Positions 10,680 through 20,497 of a stretch of DNA of 64,000 bases are shown here, in pieces. Every line of letters begins with the position of its first letter. The first letter of the stretch is position 1. The position numbers were made by a program, and so were the translations under genes. The notes under the pieces are model-generated. The model worked only from the letters and a program-made list of their open reading frames with translations. It was not told the origin of the DNA and ran no database searches. This DNA comes from Cenarchaeum sp. (lineage in GTDB: Archaea > Thermoproteota > Nitrososphaeria > Nitrososphaerales > Nitrosopumilaceae): NCBI GenBank assembly GCA_965212015.1, contig OZ243037.1, positions 1,056,001 through 1,120,000 on the forward strand, written 5' to 3'.

Positions 10680-11240
10680 TTGCCGCAAACCAAACCCATT
10701 GTAAGTGTCGAAAACGTCGTGGCCTCGGCGTCGGTAGACCAAAAGATGGATCTAAACGAGATTACCAGAACGTTTCCGGACGTAGAGTACCACCCTGATC
10801 AGTTTCCCGGCCTGGTCTTTAGGCTAAAGAACCCAAAGACGGCGACGCTCATCTTTACCTCAGGCAAGATGGTCTGTACGGGCTCCAAGTCCGAAGAGAT
10901 GGCGCGAAAGGCGGTAAGGACGGTCGTCCAGAAACTCAGAAAGGGGGGCATTAAGATCAAGAAAAACGCAGTAGTAGAGATACAAAACATAGTCGCCTCA
11001 ATCAACCTTGGCGGAAAGATACACCTTGAGCAGGCCGCAAGGACGCTGCCAAGAAGCATGTACGAGCCAGAGCAGTTTCCCGGCCTCATTCACAGGATGC
11101 TGGACCCAAAGACGGTCATTTTGTTGTTCTCGTCGGGAAAGCTTGTCTGCACGGGGGCAAAAAAGGAGCCAGACGTGTACAGATCGGTCAACAATCTGCA
11201 CGCGCTGCTAGAGGAAAAAGACTTAATGATCTATGACTGA
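10680..11240 (+). CDS. tbp: TATA-box binding protein
   Basis: Two ENVVAS/QNIVAS...YxPxQFPGL...IFxSGKxVCTG repeats. Confidence 0.97.
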   Translation: MPQTKPIVSVENVVASASVDQKMDLNEITRTFPDVEYHPDQFPGLVFRLKNPKTATLIFTSGKMVCTGSKSEEMARKAVRTVVQKLRKGGIKIKKNAVVEIQNIVASINLGGKIHLEQAARTLPRSMYEPEQFPGLIHRMLDPKTVILLFSSGKLVCTGAKKEPDVYRSVNNLHALLEEKDLMIYD

Positions 11241-11291
11241 GTGCGGTTTTTGCCCAAGCTGCGGGGGCGGTACGGGGGACGGTTTTTGCTT

Positions 11292-11987
11292 ATGCGTATA
11301 ATAAAGACAGGCGACTTTACGCTGGACGGAATAACCCTGATAAGCTCGCTGCCGGACATGGGCAGGGTGGGCGGACTGGTCACCGAGCATTTGAGAAAGA
11401 CCCTTGATGTCTCTGATGTGGCAAGGATTACCATACACGACAAGCCGTGGGTCAACCAAAGGGACGGCATAATAGACTATCCCGTAGACGAGTATGTGAT
11501 AACTGCGGACAAGAAAAGGGGCATTGTAATTTTTTCCGGCAGGGGCCAGCCGCAGGAGTCATACACCGTAAAAGAGCTCGCAAAAAAGCTGCTATCAACG
11601 GTGCGGGAGTTTGGAAGGATAGACATGGTAATCTCGGCAGGCGGATACCTTCCAAGCGAGCAGGACGCAGGGGACGTGTTTGGCGTCGCAACGGATGCAA
11701 AGTCCCTTGACTTGCTAAAGTCGCACAATGTCGGGCCGCTGAGCGGGGAGGTAAACAGCATAACGTGGTTCAACGGGCTGGTGCTGGGCCACGCAAAAAA
11801 CATGGGAATCGCAGGCATCGGCCTGTTTGGAAAGATAGAGGACGCCGAGACTCCGCAGTACAGGGCGGCAAGCAATGTTGTAAGGAAAATCTCGGACATA
11901 ATCGGGGTCAAAATCGACACGGCAGAGCTTGACTGTAAGATAGTGGAGCGTCCGGCAAAGACGCGACACGGTCCGGGAATCGGCTAG
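11292..11987 (+). CDS. PAC2 family proteasome assembly chaperone-like protein
   Basis: LPDMGRVGGL, GQPQ, SAGGY and NGLVLG motifs; ATG at 11292. Confidence 0.8.
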   Translation: MRIIKTGDFTLDGITLISSLPDMGRVGGLVTEHLRKTLDVSDVARITIHDKPWVNQRDGIIDYPVDEYVITADKKRGIVIFSGRGQPQESYTVKELAKKLLSTVREFGRIDMVISAGGYLPSEQDAGDVFGVATDAKSLDLLKSHNVGPLSGEVNSITWFNGLVLGHAKNMGIAGIGLFGKIEDAETPQYRAASNVVRKISDIIGVKIDTAELDCKIVERPAKTRHGPGIG

Positions 11988-12314
11988 CTACTTTACCGGG
12001 CTTCCCGGCGGAACGTCCCCGCCGGCAGTCAGCCAGTACGGCCTGTCATTGACGTCTGCTGCCAAAAGCATCGCGCGCGACTCGATGCCTGCGATTTTTT
12101 TTGGCTCCAGGTTGACCAGGGCAATCACCGTCCGGCCCACCAGATCCTGCTCGGTGTAATGCTGGGCGCCGCCGATGATTACGCTCCTCGTCTCGCCCCC
12201 CAGATCAATCACCCCCCGGACTATGCGGGATTTGCCCGGAATGGCCTCGACTGAGACGATTCTGGCCGCCCGCATATCCAGCCTTGCAAAATCGTCATAC
12301 GTTATGTCCTGCAC
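11988..12314 (-). CDS. tRNA-binding OB-fold protein (Trbp111/CsaA-like)
   Basis: ITYDDFARLD, VNLEPKKIAGIESRAMLLAA. Confidence 0.88.
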   Translation of the reverse strand: MQDITYDDFARLDMRAARIVSVEAIPGKSRIVRGVIDLGGETRSVIIGGAQHYTEQDLVGRTVIALVNLEPKKIAGIESRAMLLAADVNDRPYWLTAGGDVPPGSPVK

Positions 12315-12494
12315 GGGAATAGTCGCCTGCAGCCTTTAAAAAAATCATCCGCCCCATATAATGAAAGCAGACTGCAAGGGAAGAATGGCAAAATGTCCAA
12401 GAACTGGAGTTAATGTTCGATTGACAGATTGCCCCTCACAGTCTGGCCTGCCTACAAACAGATCTAATATATCTATTCGGAATATACCCCAAAT

Positions 12495-12926
12495 ATGGCA
12501 GTAATCCGGGCAAGGGTGGAGATTGGCGCCCCCGCCGAGAGGGTGTGGGCGATAATATCGGATTTGGACGGCGAGCCCAGGTTCTGGAAGGGGACAAAAA
12601 GCGTGAGGAACATCTCTAGGCAGGGCGACGTGATAACCAGGGAGGTTACGATCGCCTTTCAGGACAGAAAATGCATGCAAAAAGTCACGCTGCACCCAAG
12701 GGAGGGCATCGAGATAGTGTTTACCGGCGGAATAATACAGGGCACAAAGTCAGTGGCCATCCTGCCGGGAGACGATCATACCGTCCTGCAGGCAGTCTGG
12801 GACGTCAGGCTTTCCGGAGTGATGGGCGTGTTTACCGGAATCATCAAGGGACACATCGAAAGCGGCACGCAGCACGCACTGCAGGAAATCAAAAAGGAGG
12901 CAGAGGGCGGCGCCGATGCCGGCTGA
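12495..12926 (+). CDS. SRPBCC (polyketide cyclase-like) family protein
   Basis: VEIGAPAERVWAIISD motif. Confidence 0.8.
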   Translation: MAVIRARVEIGAPAERVWAIISDLDGEPRFWKGTKSVRNISRQGDVITREVTIAFQDRKCMQKVTLHPREGIEIVFTGGIIQGTKSVAILPGDDHTVLQAVWDVRLSGVMGVFTGIIKGHIESGTQHALQEIKKEAEGGADAG

Positions 12927-14115
12927 TCTCATAAACTATCCCCTTGCGTCAATAATGATCGGGGTGGCATGCACGTGGGCGTGGCTGCTAAAATCAATGA
13001 TCGACTCGCACCTAAAGACGCCGCGCCTGGACGACTTTGAGGATGCCGGCGGCAGAAAACCCTCAGTCTCTGTAATTGTGCCGGCGCGCAACGAGCAGCA
13101 TTACATCAAGAGATGCCTGGACTCGCTGGCGGCACAGGATTATCCGGACTGTGAGATAATTGCAATAGATGACTCGTCAGAGGACGACACCGGGGGAATA
13201 ATTGCAGAGTTTGCAAAAAAAAATTCCGGAACGGTCCACGTCAGCGCCGATCCAAAGCCGGACGGATGGATGGGAAAGAACTGGGCGTGCATGGAGGGAT
13301 ACAAGAGGGCGACAGGCGAGCTGCTTTTGTTCACCGACTCGGATACGAAACACGCGCCAAACATAGTCTCACTTGCAGTGGCGCACCTCCAGTCGCGAAA
13401 TCTTGACGCACTTACGGTGATTCCAAGGATGGCATGCAATGATTTCTGGACGAGGATAACGCTTCCCATGATCTCGACGTTTCTTCACACCAGGTTTTCT
13501 GCGCTAAGGGTAAATGATCCCTCAAAGGACACGGGTTATTTTTTTGGCAGCTTTTTCATCATAAAAAGGGGCGCGTATAATGCAGTCGGGGCGCACGAGG
13601 GTGTAAGACAGGAGATCATCGAGGACGGCGCGCTGGGAAAAAAGATCAAAGAGTCCGGCCATATAATGAGGATGGTGTCCGGATACGGCCTGCTGGAGGC
13701 AGTCTGGGCCAGGGACAGGTCGACTCTGTGGCACGCACTAAGGAGGCTCATGGTCCCGCTGTACCTGCAGAATAGCAGGGTGGCAGTGGCCGCGTTTTTT
13801 GCAGTCGCATTCCTGCTGTTCGTGCCGTTCGTACTGCTGGCATATTCTGCTGCCCTGCTTGGTTTTGAGCAGTCATATATGGTGCTGTTTGGCGCGTCTG
13901 CCGCAGCATCTGCCATGGTATACGCCGCTGCAATAATTGAGACCCGGATGCTGCATCTGGGGTGGCGCTATGCGCTGCTAGGGCCACTGGGCGGGCTCGT
14001 GGTGGTGCTGGGCTTTCAAAGCGGGCTCGCCCACGCAATGGGCGACTCTGCCGTAAGCTGGCGCGGCAGGAGCTATTCCATGAAGGACTATGCCCAAAAC
14101 CCGATAAATGTCTAG
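12916..14115 (+). CDS. family 2 glycosyltransferase (membrane)
   Basis: IVPARNE, DDSSEDDT, GWMGK, FTDSD, IEDG motifs; C-terminal TM segments. Confidence 0.9.
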   Translation: MPADLINYPLASIMIGVACTWAWLLKSMIDSHLKTPRLDDFEDAGGRKPSVSVIVPARNEQHYIKRCLDSLAAQDYPDCEIIAIDDSSEDDTGGIIAEFAKKNSGTVHVSADPKPDGWMGKNWACMEGYKRATGELLLFTDSDTKHAPNIVSLAVAHLQSRNLDALTVIPRMACNDFWTRITLPMISTFLHTRFSALRVNDPSKDTGYFFGSFFIIKRGAYNAVGAHEGVRQEIIEDGALGKKIKESGHIMRMVSGYGLLEAVWARDRSTLWHALRRLMVPLYLQNSRVAVAAFFAVAFLLFVPFVLLAYSAALLGFEQSYMVLFGASAAASAMVYAAAIIETRMLHLGWRYALLGPLGGLVVVLGFQSGLAHAMGDSAVSWRGRSYSMKDYAQNPINV

Positions 14116-14150
14116 TAAACGTTTTTAGATAAATTCGGCGGATCAACCCC

Positions 14151-15275
14151 ATGAACGCATCGGGGGCAGTCGTGGGAGGGGCGCTTGGCGCAGCCACAAT
14201 ACTGCTGATTCTCACAGTAATGGTATATCCGCCGGCGTCAATGGAGGCGCCCCGTACCGGCGCGTATGACGCAGTAGCAGATCAGATCGCGCCGTACGGT
14301 GCAGGCACGCTCTCGCTAATAGAGATCTTTGAGAGGACAGAGTCAGGAACGGTAAGAGTCGAGGTGAAAAGGGACGGCGGTGCAGAGTCAAACGGCGTGG
14401 GCTCCGGGTTTGTCTTTGACAAGAGGGGCCACATTATTACAAACTCCCACGTGGTGCGCGGGGCAGACAGGATGGTCGTCACGTTTCTTGACGGCCGCTC
14501 GTACAATGCCGACATTGTAGGTCAGGACAGGTACACGGACATTGCAGTAATCAGGGTGGCAGCAGACAGGGATCTGCTAAGGCCCATCCCGCTTGGGGAC
14601 TCGGCAAACCTCAAGGTGGGCGAGCAGATTGCGGCGATTGGAAACCCGTTCGGGCTTTCTGGCTCGATGACATCAGGCATAGTAAGCCAGCTTGGGCGGC
14701 TGCTTCCCGCAGAGGACGGCGTGTTTCAGATTCCCGACATAATCCAGACAGACGCCGCAATCAATCCCGGAAACTCTGGCGGGCCGCTGCTAAACATGAG
14801 GGGCGAGATAGTGGGAATCAATACGGCGATTCAGTCAGGTACCGGCGAGTTTACCGGGGTGGGCTTTGCCGTTCCCTCGCAGACAGTCGCAAAGATCGTT
14901 CCCAGCATAATAAGGGACGGCCTGTACCACCATCCGTGGCTTGGCATCTCCGGAAGGGACATTGATCCCGATCTTGCCGGGGTACTGAACCTTGAGGATG
15001 CCAGGGGATTTCTAATCGTAACGGTAGTCGAGGACAGTCCGGCAGACAGGGCGGGCCTTCACGGTTCTGCCGGCACCAGGGAGATAGGCGGGATCAGCTA
15101 TCCGACGGGCGGGGATGTAATCATTGCAGTGGACGGAATCGACGTAAGAAAAATAGACGACATTCTAATCCACCTGCAGAGGCAAAAATCCGTCGGTGAC
15201 GAGATAACGCTGGATGTCCTCAGGGACGGAAGGAGCACCTCGTTTGTCCTGACTTTGGAAAAGCGCCCCAGCTGA
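14151..15275 (+). CDS. HtrA/DegP-type trypsin-like serine protease with PDZ domain
   Basis: TNSHVV, TDIAVI, QTDAAINPGNSGGPL; C-terminal PDZ. Confidence 0.93.
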   Translation: MNASGAVVGGALGAATILLILTVMVYPPASMEAPRTGAYDAVADQIAPYGAGTLSLIEIFERTESGTVRVEVKRDGGAESNGVGSGFVFDKRGHIITNSHVVRGADRMVVTFLDGRSYNADIVGQDRYTDIAVIRVAADRDLLRPIPLGDSANLKVGEQIAAIGNPFGLSGSMTSGIVSQLGRLLPAEDGVFQIPDIIQTDAAINPGNSGGPLLNMRGEIVGINTAIQSGTGEFTGVGFAVPSQTVAKIVPSIIRDGLYHHPWLGISGRDIDPDLAGVLNLEDARGFLIVTVVEDSPADRAGLHGSAGTREIGGISYPTGGDVIIAVDGIDVRKIDDILIHLQRQKSVGDEITLDVLRDGRSTSFVLTLEKRPS

Positions 15276-15312
15276 CTGGCACAAAAATAAATACTTGTAG
15301 GCAGGCTAGTCC

Positions 15313-16485
15313 TTGTTGAACGGGCTTGTATTTGATTCCGAGGTTTTAAACAGGGCGCTCGACGGCGGCGCGGCCTCAAGGGGCGAGATGACAGAGCTCG
15401 TCGAGTGCGCACAGGACAATCCGCACGAGCTCTTTGGGGCGGCCCGGCTGCTCAGAAAAAACACACACGGGCAGGTGGTGTCGTTTTCAAAAAAGGCGTT
15501 CTTTAACCTGGTCAACCTGTGCAGGGACACGTGCACGTACTGTACGTACAAGTCAGAGCCCGCAGGGGCGTCGGCATCCATGATGGACAGGCATGACGTG
15601 GCAGAGCTGATACGCCTTGCAAAAAGGCACCGCTGCGTGGAGGCGCTCTTTGTGACAGGCGAGAGGCCGGAGGAAAGATACGGTGCTGCGCGCGCATGGC
15701 TCGGGAAAAACGGGTTTTCAAGCACGGCAGAATACCTGGTCCACTGCTCAGAGATGGCGCTATCCGCCGGACTGTTCCCCCACACAAACGCCGGAAACCT
15801 CACAAAAAAGGAGCTCGGCGAGCTCAAAAAAACGAACGCCAGCATGGGGCTGATGCTGGAGAACGCAAGCGAGCGCATGATGGAGAGGGGAATGCCGCAC
15901 CACCTGGCGCCAAGCAAGGCCCCCGCCGAGAGGCTCGGGACGCTGAGGAATGCCGGCGAGCTGGGCATTCCAATGACTACCGGCCTGCTAGTCGGCATAG
16001 GCGAGACTGCATACGAGCTAGTCGACTCGCTTTTTGCCATAAGGGGCATTCACGAAAGGTACGGAAACATACAGGAGGTGATTCTGCAAAACTTTCAGCC
16101 AAAGCCCCATACCGCCATGAGAAACCGCCCGCCGGCAGAAGAGACATATTTTAGGATCATTGTTGCACTGACAAGGATAATCATGCCGCAAACAAACATA
16201 CAGATTCCCCCAAACCTCTCGCCGAGCTCGTACCAGGACTTTCTTGGAATAGGGATAAACGACTGGGGCGGAATCTCGCCGCTGACGCCGGACTATGTAA
16301 ACCCAGAGTTTGCGTGGCCGGCAATAGACAGGGTTGAAAAAAACTGCAGGGACGCGGGCTTTGACTTAAAGTGCCGCTTTCCCGCATATCCCGAGTTTCT
16401 GGGCGGCCTGGATGATAATCTAAAGGAAAGGATACGCCCCCTGTCAGATGACTGCGGCTTTGTAATCGAGGAGCACTGGAGATGA
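15313..16485 (+). CDS. cofG: FO synthase subunit CofG (radical SAM)
   Basis: CRDTCTYC, PHTNAG, QIPPNL, DWGGISPLTPDYVNPE. Confidence 0.93.
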   Translation: MLNGLVFDSEVLNRALDGGAASRGEMTELVECAQDNPHELFGAARLLRKNTHGQVVSFSKKAFFNLVNLCRDTCTYCTYKSEPAGASASMMDRHDVAELIRLAKRHRCVEALFVTGERPEERYGAARAWLGKNGFSSTAEYLVHCSEMALSAGLFPHTNAGNLTKKELGELKKTNASMGLMLENASERMMERGMPHHLAPSKAPAERLGTLRNAGELGIPMTTGLLVGIGETAYELVDSLFAIRGIHERYGNIQEVILQNFQPKPHTAMRNRPPAEETYFRIIVALTRIIMPQTNIQIPPNLSPSSYQDFLGIGINDWGGISPLTPDYVNPEFAWPAIDRVEKNCRDAGFDLKCRFPAYPEFLGGLDDNLKERIRPLSDDCGFVIEEHWR

Positions 16486-17729
16486 CGTCAGACTCGCTGT
16501 TCAGGGACGCCGATCCCCTGATATCCGCCGTGCTAAACCGCGCCCTCTCTGAAAAGGAAATCTCTGCAGACGAGGGACTCGTATTGTACGGCGCCGACGG
16601 GCCGGACTTTCACCTGGTCGGCATGGTGGCAGACGAGCTGCGAAAAAGAAGAGCAGGTAATACTGTCACATACGTGGTGAACAGGAACATAAACTTTACA
16701 AACGTCTGCATAAAGCAGTGCGGTTTTTGCGCGTTTAGCAGGGACTTTAGGGAAGAAGAGGGCTATCTGCTGCCAGTAGAGGAGGTGGTCCGCAGGGCAA
16801 AAGAGGCGCACGCGCTGGGCGCAACTGAGGTGTGCATCCAGGCGGGGCTGCCGCCGGACATGGAGGCAGACACATACGAGAAGATTTGCCGGGCCATAAA
16901 AAGGGACATTCCAGACATGCACATACACGGGTTTTCGCCAGAAGAGATACTGTACGGCGCGACGAGATCCGGCGTGCCAGTCGGCGAATATCTGGGGCGC
17001 CTCAAGGAGGCAGGAGTGGACACGCTGCCAGGCACGTCGGCTGAGATTCTGGACCAAAAGATACGCGACAAGATATCGCCGGGCAGGATAAGCGCGGTGG
17101 ACTGGATTGACGTAATAAAGACCGCCCACAAAATGGGGATAAGGACCACATCCACAATGATGTTCGGCCACGTCGAGTCGCTGCATGACAGGACAAGGCA
17201 CATTGCGGTGCTGCGCGACATACAAAAAGAGACCGGCGGCTTTACAGAGTTTGTCCCGCTGAACTTTATCTTTGATGAGGCCCCGATGTACAAGCACCGG
17301 CTGCACGACGGAATCATGCGCGGTGCCGGCGCAAAGGACGTCATGCTGACGCACGCAATAGCAAGAATAATGCTAAACAACATAGAGAACATCCAGATGT
17401 CGTGGGTAAAAGAAGGCCAGAGAATGTCCCAGATCCTGCTGATGTGGGGCGCAAACGACTTTGGCGGGACCCTTATCAACGAGAGCATTTCGACTGCGGC
17501 AGGCGCGGGACACGGGCAGCTCTTACAGCCAAAGCAGATAAGGCGGCTTGCAAGGGAGATGGGGAGGACGCCTGCGCAGCGCGATACGCAGTACAGGCTG
17601 CTAAGGACGTTTGAGCAAGAGCCCGCAGACGAGGGGCTGGACGCAGTAAGCGATGCGGGCAGGTTCGGATCATACTTTGAGCTAATAAAGATAAAAAAAT
17701 TCAGGTACGACAATCCAAGGGCGGTATAA
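16482..17729 (+). CDS. cofH: FO synthase subunit CofH (radical SAM)
   Basis: NRNINFTNVCIKQCGFCAF, PGTSAEIL, GANDFGGT. Confidence 0.93.
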   Translation: MTSDSLFRDADPLISAVLNRALSEKEISADEGLVLYGADGPDFHLVGMVADELRKRRAGNTVTYVVNRNINFTNVCIKQCGFCAFSRDFREEEGYLLPVEEVVRRAKEAHALGATEVCIQAGLPPDMEADTYEKICRAIKRDIPDMHIHGFSPEEILYGATRSGVPVGEYLGRLKEAGVDTLPGTSAEILDQKIRDKISPGRISAVDWIDVIKTAHKMGIRTTSTMMFGHVESLHDRTRHIAVLRDIQKETGGFTEFVPLNFIFDEAPMYKHRLHDGIMRGAGAKDVMLTHAIARIMLNNIENIQMSWVKEGQRMSQILLMWGANDFGGTLINESISTAAGAGHGQLLQPKQIRRLAREMGRTPAQRDTQYRLLRTFEQEPADEGLDAVSDAGRFGSYFELIKIKKFRYDNPRAV

Positions 17730-17762
17730 CTGTACAGCTCAAACAAGTCAGGCCCATTTGGC

Positions 17763-18692
17763 TCATTGCAAAAGAAACGTGGCTCCGAGATATGCAAAAT
17801 AGGCCGCTGCCAGTGCCACGCCCACGGGCCTGCCAATTACGCCGGTCCTCAGGCCGACTAGCAGCACCAGGCTGAATCCGATCATCACGATATAGTCGAC
17901 GAGGATCTTTGGCGCAACAGGTATGCTTGCAATGCTGGCCGCAATCCCCATGATCATCAGAATGTTATAGATATTGCTGCCGACAATGTTTCCGATTCCA
18001 ATGCCTGTGTGGCCCCTTCGTATGGCAATGATTGACGTTATCAGCTCAGGCAATGATGTCCCTATTGCGATTACGGTTATCCCGATTATCCTGTCGGAGA
18101 GTCCAAAGTACTGCGCCAAGAGTACGGCGTTTTCAATCGCAAGCCACGCGCCTGCGCCAAGCAGTATGACGCCGGCGCCTATCATGGCGCCGGACCTGAG
18201 GTACGCCCTTGCAGCCAGCGGCGCATGATCCGCCTGCACGCGCTGCTTTTTTGCATCCGCATACACGTATACGGTAAACGCCACCAGGGATCCCACCAGG
18301 ATCATCCCGTCATACTGCGATATCTCGCCGTCAATTGAGAGCGCGACTAGCAGCAGGGATACGCCGATCATTATTGGAACCTCCTTTTTTAGCGTGCCCC
18401 TGCGCACCGCAAGGGCGGCAATTATCGAGGCAATGCCGATTACCATGCCGACGTTTGCAATGTTGCTGCCGACAATGTTTCCCAGTATTATGTCGCCGTG
18501 ATCGGTGGCTGCCATGCTGGCTGCAAGCTCCGGCGTCGAGGTCCCGTACGCCACTATGGTCATTCCGATTATCAGGGGGCTGATCCTGAGCCCCTTTGCA
18601 ATGTTTACGCCGCCGGCGACCAGCCAGTTTCCCCCAAAGCACAGCATTACCAGTCCGGCCGCAGTCAGCGCGGCTGCAAACACTATATCCAT
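17763..18692 (-). CDS. calcium/sodium antiporter (YrbG/CaCA family)
   Basis: Two alpha repeats: GTSTPEL/GNIVGSNIAN and GTSLPEL/GNIVGSNIYN. Confidence 0.92.
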   Translation of the reverse strand: MDIVFAAALTAAGLVMLCFGGNWLVAGGVNIAKGLRISPLIIGMTIVAYGTSTPELAASMAATDHGDIILGNIVGSNIANVGMVIGIASIIAALAVRRGTLKKEVPIMIGVSLLLVALSIDGEISQYDGMILVGSLVAFTVYVYADAKKQRVQADHAPLAARAYLRSGAMIGAGVILLGAGAWLAIENAVLLAQYFGLSDRIIGITVIAIGTSLPELITSIIAIRRGHTGIGIGNIVGSNIYNILMIMGIAASIASIPVAPKILVDYIVMIGFSLVLLVGLRTGVIGRPVGVALAAAYFAYLGATFLLQ

Positions 18693-18797
18693 GTGAGGAG
18701 ATGGCTGGCCGATTCCTTAAAGATGGGTGTTTTGCCCATAGTTTACCATTCTAACAACCAAAATTGATACTCGTATGACGTGCCGCGCCATACACTG

Positions 18798-19088
18798 CTA
18801 GAATCCCTCAGGCGGGTTTTGGATGAATACGTTACACAGCAGAATGTCCGTCTTTTCGTCCCTGTGCTGGACGTTACACGTTACAAACTTGCCCTTTAGC
18901 GCGCGAATCAAATCCTCGCGCGTACGCCGGTCATACTGGGGGTTTTCCGGATTGTCGATCTTTGCAATCATGACCCGCTCTGTGCGGTCGTACTGTCCAG
19001 AGTTGTCCTTGCGAAAGTACGCCACTGACATCTCAAAGGTGTCCCCCGACAGGCAGTCCAGTACGGTGCCGCCAATCCCGTCGCCCAT
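18798..19088 (-). CDS. small staphylococcal-nuclease-like OB-fold protein
   Basis: SGDTF..., IDNPE, LKGKFVTC...RD pattern resembles SNase (DGDT, IDAPE); catalytic residues look altered. Confidence 0.5.
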   Translation of the reverse strand: MGDGIGGTVLDCLSGDTFEMSVAYFRKDNSGQYDRTERVMIAKIDNPENPQYDRRTREDLIRALKGKFVTCNVQHRDEKTDILLCNVFIQNPPEGF

Positions 19089-19207
19089 GTCCCTGCTGAA
19101 TCCTGCCGCATAATTATGGCTTTGGCAGCAAATCCGGCCGGATGCGCCGCAAAACCGCCCGCGCACGCATAAAACACATAAATAAAAAAAACGAAAAATG
19201 CCCTCAC

Positions 19208-20491
19208 ATGTCAGAGTTTATGGGATATACGGGAGAGGCCCTCGAGTTTTTAAAGTCCCACAATGTCAGGGTGGGCGACACGCTCAGAATAGTGGCGGAT
19301 TTGACGTACGAGGGAATTCTGATGCCGCGGTACAAGGGGGGCCAGGACATTGTCCTAAAGCTGAAAAACGGATACAATATCGGCATCGGCATCGGCGGAA
19401 TTACGGGTATGGAGAGGACAAGTCAGTACAAGCGGCCCGAGGCGCAGGCAGGGGGGGCGCCCCCCGGCGGCGGGCTGCCAAGGATACTCTTGCTTTCTAC
19501 TGGCGGCACCATTGCAAGCAAGATAGACTATAGGACCGGCGCAGTCACCCCGGCTGCCACGCCAGAGGAGCTCAACGCCTCCGTGCCGGAGCTTGCCGCA
19601 ATCGCAGACATTATACCGCTTACGCTTTTTTCGGAATACTCTGAGAATCTGCAGCCAGAACACTGGAGAAAAATTGCCGAAAAACTCGACTCTGTTGCAG
19701 GCTCGGAATACGCGGGGGTAATCATTGCGCACGGCACTGACACGATGCAGTATACTGCGTCGTACCTCTCGTTTGCACTGGCCGGGTTTCCAATCCCCGT
19801 GGCAGTGGTAGGCTCGCAGAGATCGCCGGACAGGCCGTCGACTGATGCCGCCCTGAACCTGATTGCTGCTGCCAGATTCCTGACGGATGTCAAAAAAAAC
19901 GGCATCCACATAGTAATGCACCACGACGAAAGCGACCAGACAATGGCGTGCCACCGCGCCACCAGGGTGCGCAAAAACCACACAAGCAGGAGGGGCGCCT
20001 TTGAGACAGTCGGTGCGGCACCTGCGTTTCTGGTCACAGGCGAGAAAATAAGGGACAATACGGATTCGGATTTTTTTACAAAAGAACAGTACATGCCTGC
20101 GATAAACCTGGATGCCAGAGTCGCACTCGTAAAATACCACCCCGGCTATGACTCTCGGATTTTGGATCACATTATCGACTCTGGATTCAGGGCCGTAATA
20201 TTTGAGGGAACGGGACTGGGACACGTGGGAAGGTCAATGTACGAGTCTGTAAAAAAGGCGCACAAAAATGGCGTGTTTATGGGAATGACATCGCAGTGTA
20301 TAGACGGCAGGGTGGCAATGACGGTATATGAGAGCGGCCGCGACCTGCTGGATATGGGCATAGTCCCGCTCAAGGACATGATACCCGAGACTGCGCTGGT
20401 AAAGGCAATGTGGGCACTCGGGTGCAGCCAGGACGGGGGCAGCCTCGAGGAGCTGATGCTGACACGCGTGGCATCAGAGTTTTCAGACTAG
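19208..20491 (+). CDS. gatD: Glu-tRNA(Gln) amidotransferase subunit D
   Basis: KLKNGYNIG, STGGTIASKIDYRTG, HGTDT, GSQRSPDRPS; start at ATG 19208. Confidence 0.95.
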   Translation: MSEFMGYTGEALEFLKSHNVRVGDTLRIVADLTYEGILMPRYKGGQDIVLKLKNGYNIGIGIGGITGMERTSQYKRPEAQAGGAPPGGGLPRILLLSTGGTIASKIDYRTGAVTPAATPEELNASVPELAAIADIIPLTLFSEYSENLQPEHWRKIAEKLDSVAGSEYAGVIIAHGTDTMQYTASYLSFALAGFPIPVAVVGSQRSPDRPSTDAALNLIAAARFLTDVKKNGIHIVMHHDESDQTMACHRATRVRKNHTSRRGAFETVGAAPAFLVTGEKIRDNTDSDFFTKEQYMPAINLDARVALVKYHPGYDSRILDHIIDSGFRAVIFEGTGLGHVGRSMYESVKKAHKNGVFMGMTSQCIDGRVAMTVYESGRDLLDMGIVPLKDMIPETALVKAMWALGCSQDGGSLEELMLTRVASEFSD

Positions 20492-20497
20492 GTTTTA

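Noticed and set aside
16533-17836. Long antisense ORFs (e.g. 357 aa opposite cofH; similar ones opposite gatD/E, ureC and the IS6 transposase)
   Set aside because: They are shadows of well-supported genes in GC-rich DNA and have no motifs.
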